Source: an uncultured Verrucomicrobiales bacterium (GTDB lineage Bacteria > Verrucomicrobiota > Verrucomicrobiia > Limisphaerales > JACDHS01). From it: 58,140 nucleotides of DNA. The stretch is from the NCBI GenBank assembly GCA_937983475.1, contig CALJZV010000083.1, positions 1 to 58,140 on the forward strand. The letters are read 5' to 3'. Position numbers and translations under genes: made by a program. Below, piece by piece: positions 8,246 through 14,923 of the stretch; the first letter of the stretch is position 1, and each line of letters opens with the position of its first letter. The notes beneath the pieces are model-generated. The model made no database searches and was not told where the DNA came from. It worked only from the letters and a program-made list of their open reading frames with translations.

Positions 8246-8693
8246 GCGTGACCCCAAAGAGGAGATCAACGAAAAGCGATTGCGTGAGTGGCTGATGCGC
8301 CTGCATGGCGTCCACTGGCAGCCGGTGGAAACCTACACCAGCCAAGGCGTTCCGGATCTGAATTATCGGACGCTCAATCACGAAGGATGGATAGAACTGA
8401 AAACCATACGCCGCCCAGCGCGCGCCAGCACGTTGGTCAACATAGAACTGCGCTCCAGTCAGGTGGCGTGGATAAGCAAACGTCAACAGGCTGGCGGCAC
8501 GGTTTGGGTGTTGCTGGCGATTGGCTACCACACGCTCGTTCTGCTTACGGGCCACGCAGCTCTAGAACTGCAAATGAACCCCCAGCCCTACAAAGGGCTT
8601 TTAGATTATGCGAGCTGGTATTGTGAGCTTCGCCCATGGCCGCGAGAAACTCTACTTGCGCCTTTAGATAAAGGCTACGGCGACGACGGCTAA
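8214..8693 (+). CDS. VRR-NUC / PD-(D/E)xK nuclease
   Basis: GVPDLNYRTLNHEGWIELK (D...ExK), then SSQVAWI. Confidence 0.6.
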   Translation: MDALPNFNKSKRDPKEEINEKRLREWLMRLHGVHWQPVETYTSQGVPDLNYRTLNHEGWIELKTIRRPARASTLVNIELRSSQVAWISKRQQAGGTVWVLLAIGYHTLVLLTGHAALELQMNPQPYKGLLDYASWYCELRPWPRETLLAPLDKGYGDDG

Positions 8694-8800
8694 AAATATT
8701 TTTGAAAAGTCTAAAATAAATCTTGCGCTAGTCTTTTTCTCTGCTATACTCGTTTCACAATCAAGGGGCGTCAATCCCCAAAAGAAAGCGAGAAAGAAAA
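8694..8800 (+). promoter_or_regulatory. Early promoter/leader cassette copy 1
   Basis: AAAAGTCTAAAATAAATC, TTGCGC at 8723-8728, TATACT at 8745-8750, CGTTTCACAATCAAGGGG, hairpin GGGGcgtcaatCCCC, GAAAGCGAGAAAG at 8784-8796, ATG 8801. Confidence 0.7.
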
Positions 8801-9298
8801 ATGACAGCCAACCTCTTCAAAGACAAGACCCACTACTTCACCATCAGCCCCCGGAAGCACGTCATCTTCGAAATGGGCCTCTGTGAAAACTGCGAGTGTG
8901 AAGTTCAGGAGCCCAACGCCGTCACGATGCTTGAGCCCGAGTCCAAGGTCAAGCGCATGAAGCTGGAGAAGGTCGACCAACTGCCCGACGAGCTGGGCTA
9001 CAGCGAAGAGTTCGGCGGGGCCGTTTGCTGCGACTGCTACAACAAGATCGAAAACGAGAAGAAGGAAGAGGCCCGCAAGAAACTCCAGACCATGAACAAA
9101 GTCAACCGCACCATCGGTGACATCGTGGATTTCGTGAACGACGCCTACCCCACCCACAACCGCGAAGCCCGGATGTTCTACGTCCTCAAGGCGGTGCAGC
9201 CCATAGTGGAAGGCTTGGGCGGCGAGGAGCAAGGCGTGACCGAGGATGTGCTTGAGGCCAGCGTCCGCGATCACTTCAACTGGAAGGGGGTAAAATAA
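8801..9298 (+). CDS. Hypothetical early protein with CxxC...CxxC (possible zinc ribbon)
   Basis: ORF sits directly behind cassette 1. Contains CENCEC and CCDC. Confidence 0.6.
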   Translation: MTANLFKDKTHYFTISPRKHVIFEMGLCENCECEVQEPNAVTMLEPESKVKRMKLEKVDQLPDELGYSEEFGGAVCCDCYNKIENEKKEEARKKLQTMNKVNRTIGDIVDFVNDAYPTHNREARMFYVLKAVQPIVEGLGGEEQGVTEDVLEASVRDHFNWKGVK

Positions 9299-9516
9299 CC
9301 CGGCAGGATGAGAAGCCGGTTGGACGGACGGGGGCTGTTTACCCACTCCCGTCCTTCCAGCTGGCGGTTCAACCGCGAGAAAGGATTGGGCAGGCAATGA
9401 GTCGAGGCTGTTGGACTCCTAGCCGCCGTTCTGCTCCAGACGCCAAGCACCAATAGAGCAGGCCCAAGGATGCGCAAGGGGTGGCGGCAGGCCACCGCCG
9501 CCCCGGCCATCCACAA

Positions 9517-9631
9517 ATTATTTTTCAAAATCTAAAAATAAATCTTGCAAGGTCTGAGGAATCAATTATAATCGTTTCATAATCAAGGGCAGTAAGTCCC
9601 GCGCAACCAGAAAGAGGAAAGCGAGAAAGCC
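9517..9631 (+). promoter_or_regulatory. Early promoter/leader cassette copy 2
   Basis: TTGCAA at 9545-9550, 16-nt spacer, TATAAT at 9567-9572, CGTTTCATAATCAAGGG, GAAAGCGAGAAAG at 9617-9629, ATG 9632. Confidence 0.75.
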
Positions 9632-10135
9632 ATGATCAACTTCACCAAACTTACCTACGAAGAATTCAGCCAGCACGAGATCTTCCGGGGCTACCGCAAC
9701 GCCGAGGCCATCTACCTTGCCCAGCTGGGCAACGGCGACATCGTTGTCATCGGCGCATACACCGGCTGCTTCGTCCCCTTCTACTCGGGCCACATCTACT
9801 TCGGCGGCGTAGAGCAAACCGACTGGCACAACGGCACAGCCATAGGGACCAACGGCATGTTGGACATCATTCTGTCCCCCCGCGATGGCAGCCAATCAGC
9901 CTTCCGCATCGACAGCACCCTGCTCCAGCCCATGTCACGCACGGTGGCGGCCAGCCGCTCAGAAGACGCCGCCGCCCGTCGCACCGTGATCGCCAACCTG
10001 CGCAACGCCGTGCGCAAGGCCATGCAGTTCGCCGCCCGCCAGAACCTGAACACAGGCGGCGCGCGGGAAGACCAGACCAACGGCCAGCCCACCACCAACA
10101 TCACCAAAGAGATCGCAGCCCACATCATAGACTAA
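9632..10135 (+). CDS. Hypothetical early protein
   Basis: ORF sits directly behind cassette 2. Confidence 0.6.
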   Translation: MINFTKLTYEEFSQHEIFRGYRNAEAIYLAQLGNGDIVVIGAYTGCFVPFYSGHIYFGGVEQTDWHNGTAIGTNGMLDIILSPRDGSQSAFRIDSTLLQPMSRTVAASRSEDAAARRTVIANLRNAVRKAMQFAARQNLNTGGAREDQTNGQPTTNITKEIAAHIID

Positions 10136-10174
10136 CCCACCCCATTGGAAAACCTAAGAAAGCGAGAAAGAAGA

Positions 10175-10447
10175 ATGAAAGACCTACTCCAACAAGCCGC
10201 CCAAGTAATCCGCGAGGGACGCACCATCGTCCGCCCCCACCATGCCGCCAACGGCGCGCTCACGCATCGCATCTATATAAAGCTGGGCCGCGCCGAGCTG
10301 ATTCATAGTGGCCCATTTTTCTGGTTCCTGTTCCCCGCGCACAGCGGACGCAAGACGCAGGAACAGGTTGCGCAGTTTCCCATTGGCTGCGGCCTTGCCC
10401 AAGCGTGGGAGGAGCGCATGGAGCACGACGCGGAGGTTCACGCCTGA
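10175..10447 (+). CDS. Hypothetical early protein
   Basis: ATG 10175 lies 4 nt after GAAAGCGAGAAAG (10158-10170). The track start at 10145 is upstream of that motif. Confidence 0.55.
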   Translation: MKDLLQQAAQVIREGRTIVRPHHAANGALTHRIYIKLGRAELIHSGPFFWFLFPAHSGRKTQEQVAQFPIGCGLAQAWEERMEHDAEVHA

Positions 10448-10866
10448 TGGACTTCAACCAACTAGAACGCGGGCGGCAAACGCTCGTTCTGTCGCACAAG
10501 CACTACGTGATGGAGGGGACGCTGCTGGAGAAGTGCAGCGGCTCCCTCATCCAGCTGCAGAGTCCGCTGACGGGGTTTATCGTTGCGCTGGAGCTGCCCC
10601 ACGTTAAGGACTGCCTCCAGATTGACCGTCACCCGTGGTGGCTGGCCAAGCAGAACCGGGGCGGGCGCAGCGTTTACATGCGCCGCCTGACCGACACCCT
10701 CGTGGTCGTCCAGCAAATAACGCCCGACGTCGACTGGCGCATGATGGCTGCAAGTTGCGCCATGCACGACCACACGCCGCAGCACGTTCTTGGCGAACAT
10801 GAGATGCAGCTGGCCCAGCGAAAGTTCCTAAGTAAGCCCGGATCTAAAGGCTTTTCTGTGATCTAA
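10447..10866 (+). CDS. Hypothetical early protein
   Basis: ATG 10447 shares one nucleotide with the upstream TGA (TGATG). The track start is 10405. Confidence 0.5.
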   Translation: MDFNQLERGRQTLVLSHKHYVMEGTLLEKCSGSLIQLQSPLTGFIVALELPHVKDCLQIDRHPWWLAKQNRGGRSVYMRRLTDTLVVVQQITPDVDWRMMAASCAMHDHTPQHVLGEHEMQLAQRKFLSKPGSKGFSVI

Positions 10867-10974
10867 AAATAATTCTAAAAAAGTCTAAAATAAATCTTGC
10901 ATTAATCTCAGATTGTGATATAATCGTTTTCATAATCAAGGGGGAGTCACCCCGAAAGAAAGCGAGAAAGAAAA
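10864..10974 (+). promoter_or_regulatory. Early promoter/leader cassette copy 3
   Basis: TTGCAT at 10897-10902, 16-nt spacer, TATAAT at 10919-10924, CGTTTTCATAATCAAGGGGG, hairpin GGGGgagtcaCCCC, motif at 10958-10970, ATG 10975. Confidence 0.75.
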
Positions 10975-11334
10975 ATGGAAAACACAATCAAACTCACCGC
11001 CAACGAAATCGACGCGCTGGAAGTCTGCCTTAACTACGACACCCGCGAAGGACAGCTCAGCGACAACTACTCCAACGCTGGCGCAGCCGAAATCGCAGCG
11101 GCCTGCGGCATCAGCAAGAGAGCAGCCGGGGGCGTCATCACCAGCCTGCAGAAGAAAGGCCTCGGCATGATGGACGACGAAGGCGACGACATCTTCTGGC
11201 TCAGTGAGAAGGGTGTCAACACCATCTTTGACTACATCGAAGAAGCTCGCAACACCAAGCCCGCCGCCGACCCCCGCATCGAGATCCTTCGCAAAGTCGA
11301 AGTGACCACCGAAGAAGTTTCCGACTGGACGTAA
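10975..11334 (+). CDS. Small acidic protein with a probable winged-helix/HTH segment
   Basis: AEIAAACGISKRAAGGVITSLQKKGL resembles a MarR-type HTH. Confidence 0.45.
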   Translation: MENTIKLTANEIDALEVCLNYDTREGQLSDNYSNAGAAEIAAACGISKRAAGGVITSLQKKGLGMMDDEGDDIFWLSEKGVNTIFDYIEEARNTKPAADPRIEILRKVEVTTEEVSDWT

Positions 11335-11342
11335 TCCTCACC

Positions 11343-11364
11343 GGGCGGCCCTCCGGGGCCGCCC
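11343..11364 (+). other. Stable GC hairpin without a U-tract
   Basis: GGGCGGCCC tccg GGGCCGCCC: 9-bp stem and 4-nt loop, 8 nt after the stop at 11334. Confidence 0.5.
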
Positions 11365-11393
11365 ATCCACACCACACAAAAGGAGAAAGAAGA

Positions 11394-11702
11394 ATGAAAA
11401 GCAAACTGGTCACCATCCAACTCACCGAGGAGCAGTGCGAACAGATTAGCCTAGCCCTCAAAGCCCGCGAGGACTACCTGACCGACGAAGCAACCACCGC
11501 AGCCGGGCAAGCCTACCAATCCACCGGGGATCAACGGAAATACTTCCGACGCAAGATGAAGGGCTACCGCTGCACCAAGGCTCTGGTGGACAAGACTTGG
11601 CAAGCCCTCTATCATACTGTCATGGCCCACCGCACAGTCGGACCAATGCCGCCCCTTGCCGGTGTAGACAGACTTGAGAAAAGGAAATCAAAAAAGTCTT
11701 AA
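11394..11702 (+). CDS. Hypothetical early protein
   Basis: AAGGAGAAAGAAGA precedes ATG 11394. The stop is embedded in cassette 4. Confidence 0.55.
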   Translation: MKSKLVTIQLTEEQCEQISLALKAREDYLTDEATTAAGQAYQSTGDQRKYFRRKMKGYRCTKALVDKTWQALYHTVMAHRTVGPMPPLAGVDRLEKRKSKKS

Positions 11703-11801
11703 AATAAATCTTGCAATCAGTCTTAGACTCAATTAGAATGCACCATAATCAACGGCCATAGTGCCCGCGAAAATTAGAAAGAAGAAAGCGAGAAAGAAAC
11801 A
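11690..11801 (+). promoter_or_regulatory. Early promoter/leader cassette copy 4
   Basis: AAAAAGTCTTAAAATAAATC, TTGCAA at 11711-11716, 17-nt spacer, TAGAAT at 11734-11739, CATAATCAACGG, motif at 11784-11796, ATG 11802. Confidence 0.7.
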
Positions 11802-12449
11802 ATGAGAACCCCAATCCACCCCTACTGCCCGCAGCTTACCCTCGAGGAAAACCTGATAGACGGCCCCGCCGTCTTGGATCCCGAGCGCAACCAACCCCTG
11901 ATGGAAACCAACATGCTTCAGGACTTGCTGACCCACAGCCCGTCCGATGCCATCCAGCTCCTGCCCGGCCTACACCTTGCGCTGTTTGAAGCCCCCGTGC
12001 CTGCCGGTGCCGACCTTACCCTGCTCGAGCAGAAGATCCTCTACGCCCTCCAGCTGCGGGGCCGCGCCCGCTGCGGCGAGCCTGTGAGCCCTGTTCTCCA
12101 GAGCCGATACAACAGGGCTATGCAAATGCTGCCTGCCACGCAGACCGCTCAGCTCCTCATCGCCGCCAAGCAGGCCAACCAAGCAGTGCGGCAGGGCAAA
12201 GATCGCTTCGGCGAGGCCGACACCAGCGGCGCGCCCCGGCAGAAGCGCGTTGGTGGTGGCTACGCTGGCAAAATGCTGCGGATGACGGGCAAGCCCAACC
12301 CGCACCGGGAGGGCACGAAGTCGCACGGGTGGTTCCAGCTGCTACGCGACGGCATGACGGTTGAGGAGTATCTTACGGCGGGCGGGTTCACCCACTATAT
12401 CAAGTTCGCCATCGAACACGCTCTGATCAAACTTGAGGAGGTTAAATAG
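11802..12449 (+). CDS. Hypothetical protein sharing the C-terminal domain of the 356..1027 product
   Basis: NPHREGTKSHGWFQLLRDGMTVEEYLTAGGFTHYIKF aligns with the C-terminus of gene 356..1027. Confidence 0.6.
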   Translation: MRTPIHPYCPQLTLEENLIDGPAVLDPERNQPLMETNMLQDLLTHSPSDAIQLLPGLHLALFEAPVPAGADLTLLEQKILYALQLRGRARCGEPVSPVLQSRYNRAMQMLPATQTAQLLIAAKQANQAVRQGKDRFGEADTSGAPRQKRVGGGYAGKMLRMTGKPNPHREGTKSHGWFQLLRDGMTVEEYLTAGGFTHYIKFAIEHALIKLEEVK

Positions 12450-12479
12450 ATTCGGCCCAGCTTGGGTCGGGTAGGCGCG

Positions 12480-12511
12480 CGCCGTCCCCTCACGGGGGCG
12501 GCGTTTGCTTT
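12480..12511 (+). terminator. Rho-independent terminator closing the rightward early block, at the convergence point
   Basis: 10-bp stem CGCCGTCCCC/GGGGGCGGCG (one G-U pair), loop TCAC, then TTTGCTTT. Confidence 0.75.
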
Positions 12512-12953
12512 ACCAGCGAGAGCGCGTGCCCCGGAGATCCACGTGCCAGCCCCAATCGTATTCATGGAACCCGCCTTGGCTGCCCACCAGTATATCCAGC
12601 GCGGTGCCGAAGTCATCCGGCAGGTTGCGCCGCTTGATATCAGCCGCCAATCCGTAGAGATGCTGACTCCCTTTACCGGGCAAAGCCGTCGTTTCGGGCT
12701 TCCCCCCGACGGCTTCATTGTGCATGGGGCAGCGGTAAGCACACGAGAGCGAGAGCGGCTGACCGCTGGCCGTGCGCACTGCTTGGAGGAAGTCCAACAG
12801 GCGGCTATCTACCAGCACCACCTTGCACCCCGGATACCGCACGCCCACGGGCTTGCCCTCTTCCTTGGCCTTGTCACAGTGGCATTGCACCTCACGCAAA
12901 CGGAAGTTGTCCCATCGCCAGTTCGCGCCAGCATTAAATGGATTGATGATCAT
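12510..12953 (-). CDS. Peptidase M15-family endolysin (zinc D-Ala-D-Ala carboxypeptidase / L-Ala-D-Glu peptidase type)
   Basis: SCAYRCPMHNEAVGG...SQHLYGLAADI...GWHVD matches the M15 H/D/H zinc motif pattern. Confidence 0.8.
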   Translation of the reverse strand: MIINPFNAGANWRWDNFRLREVQCHCDKAKEEGKPVGVRYPGCKVVLVDSRLLDFLQAVRTASGQPLSLSCAYRCPMHNEAVGGKPETTALPGKGSQHLYGLAADIKRRNLPDDFGTALDILVGSQGGFHEYDWGWHVDLRGTRSRW

Positions 12954-13192
12954 CGCTTTCTACCTGCTTTCCACCAGAAGAACCAGCCAAATGTTCGCAC
13001 GCCGCGATAATAGAGATACGCATAGCGGCGTCGCTTTTTATTAGTGCCCGCCTTGCGCAGCATACAGAGGAGGAACCGCCGATCGGCCCGGCGACGACTC
13101 ACACGCTGGCGTCCGTAGTCCACGTCGTGCCGGGCGCAACAACGGCCGAACCATAGGTCGGGGACACCAGTGCAGTGGTCGGGCGGCTTCAT
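12950..13192 (-). CDS. Small basic DUF1353 / phospholipase-A2-like protein
   Basis: CCARHDVDY...RRRADRRFLLCM...YRGVRTFG. ATGA overlap with the endolysin start. Confidence 0.4.
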   Translation of the reverse strand: MKPPDHCTGVPDLWFGRCCARHDVDYGRQRVSRRRADRRFLLCMLRKAGTNKKRRRYAYLYYRGVRTFGWFFWWKAGRKR

Positions 13193-13211
13193 GGCAACGA
13201 GTGCTCATCCT

Positions 13212-14030
13212 CTAGTAAAGATACTCCAGCTCAAATCCGAACTTACCGTTGCCGCCGCCGTTCTTATTGTAACGAAAGCGAATGATGGTGTTGGCTGGAA
13301 TATAGTTACCCCCAATCTTTGAGTCCCCCACGGTTACACGTCCGGGGTCAAATAGTTTATACTTATGGATCATCTTGACTGTGCGCTTTACAAGTGTTGA
13401 CACCGCATGGTTTTGCGTTGCGTTGTTTTCTACCGTAACCACACCGCCAGTAATGTCAGTCACGCATCCCAAGTTGTCGCCACCGATGTCTACGAAGCTG
13501 CCGATGAACAGGTTTGCCAGCGCAGTCACGTCGGGCGTGAAGGTGTTCTCGGCATCGTTCATCTGTGCGGCAAGAGTGCCCACAACCGCATCGGGCGCAA
13601 TTTGAACCTCTATCTCATCGCCTTTGAGATTACCGACGCCAATATACTGCGCCGACAATAATGATACCGGGTGCGGAAAAGTAATGTCCTCTTGAATCCA
13701 TCCGTCTGCCTCGGGCGTTTTGTCGAGGTCAATCTCAACCGTGCGCGATTGGAATCGTCCGCCCGTTTTAAGCACGCCCGGCTCCTCAACAATCAGCACT
13801 TCAGAAGGCGGTGCGGGTGGCGGTGTGCCAGTGTGCGCAGCAGCCACGGCATCAAAGGCCGTTTCGTCAGCGGTGGGCAGCACGTCTTTGAACCACACAT
13901 CAACCGCGCTGCCTTCTACATCAATATGAGAGACGCCAATTGTAATCAGCGGATCAGCGGCAATCTCTGCGGCAAGGCTGTCGCTATTGACCGGAGAAAT
14001 GGTTTTTTCATACTTGGTTTGAGTAGGCAT
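13212..14030 (-). CDS. Hypothetical virion or tail-fibre-associated protein
   Basis: AGGAGA RBS. Last gene of the tail module. Confidence 0.4.
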   Translation of the reverse strand: MPTQTKYEKTISPVNSDSLAAEIAADPLITIGVSHIDVEGSAVDVWFKDVLPTADETAFDAVAAAHTGTPPPAPPSEVLIVEEPGVLKTGGRFQSRTVEIDLDKTPEADGWIQEDITFPHPVSLLSAQYIGVGNLKGDEIEVQIAPDAVVGTLAAQMNDAENTFTPDVTALANLFIGSFVDIGGDNLGCVTDITGGVVTVENNATQNHAVSTLVKRTVKMIHKYKLFDPGRVTVGDSKIGGNYIPANTIIRFRYNKNGGGNGKFGFELEYLY

Positions 14031-14042
14031 GGTGCGCGTCTC

Positions 14043-14909
14043 CTAGTTAATCTTTAAGATGACCAGACTTCGGTCTTCTACAAAAAATGTTCCGCTGTCC
14101 GTTTGGTAACGCACATCCAAGGTTTCCCCACCGGCCAAGCCTGTGATGAGAGCCTGCGAGTGCATCGCCATGTATAAATCATCGCCCTGAGTGCCGGAGT
14201 TGTAATCCTGCAGACGATGAGTGTGTGATATAATAGAAGCGTCCTGATGGATAGCGTATTCCATTTCCTGACTGGGTGTAGATCCCCGGCCCGACGCCGA
14301 AAACATAACCAGATAAGTGCCGCCGCCAGCGGGCACAGCAATGGTCATCGACGGAATGACAACATAGGATGCGCTCGTGGTGCTGACTTGCCCGGTTGCG
14401 CTCACCTGTTGACTAATGGGTGCCTGCCACGACATTCCCTCCGTCGCTCCACTGTCGGCAACAAGCCGGTGACCATCAGGACCAACAGGCAGACGCACGG
14501 GGCTGACGCCGTCGTGCGTCCGCAAGTCGCCTTTGGTGGTGATGATCGGCACCATCACATTGTCATACTTGAGACCAAGCGGCGAGGCTGCGTCAGCGAC
14601 CAAGGCTTGCCCGTCTGCGCCCACTGGTAAACGATCAACCGAAGTTCCGTCATGCCCCAGCACGTCGCCCTTTGTGGTAAGCGCAGCACTCGCACCGTTC
14701 AGCAACACCCACGCCGCGCCATCATCATGGAAGAACTCGTTCGTGTCCGTTGCATAGTAGAACCGGCCAGCATTGCCAAACGCCGGGCGCGCGCCAAGGG
14801 TGCCGACGAGGATGCGGTTCTCATCCAAGTCCTCAAAGTTGCTGTTGACAATTTGCCGCCACAACAAATTCCCCTGTAGAATTTCTAGTAAGCCGTTTGG
14901 GAAGGCCAT
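14043..14909 (-). CDS. Tail fibre protein
   Basis: Start at MAFPNG, after AGGAGA; the track start at 15065 overlaps the upstream gene. Contains the common tail-fibre motif LGARPAFGNAGRFYYATDTNEFFHDDGAAW. Confidence 0.65.
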   Translation of the reverse strand: MAFPNGLLEILQGNLLWRQIVNSNFEDLDENRILVGTLGARPAFGNAGRFYYATDTNEFFHDDGAAWVLLNGASAALTTKGDVLGHDGTSVDRLPVGADGQALVADAASPLGLKYDNVMVPIITTKGDLRTHDGVSPVRLPVGPDGHRLVADSGATEGMSWQAPISQQVSATGQVSTTSASYVVIPSMTIAVPAGGGTYLVMFSASGRGSTPSQEMEYAIHQDASIISHTHRLQDYNSGTQGDDLYMAMHSQALITGLAGGETLDVRYQTDSGTFFVEDRSLVILKIN

Positions 14910-14923
14910 TTCGTTCTCCTGTT

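Noticed and set aside
9355-9380. Possible tRNA T-arm (GGCGGTTCAACCGC)
   Set aside because: The loop is only 3-5 nt, and no acceptor, D or anticodon arms can be drawn around it. I saw no tRNA elsewhere in the window.
12462-13010. 182-aa forward ORF overlapping the endolysin and the DUF1353-like gene
   Set aside because: It begins inside the terminator hairpin, and the reverse strand encodes a recognisable M15 peptidase.
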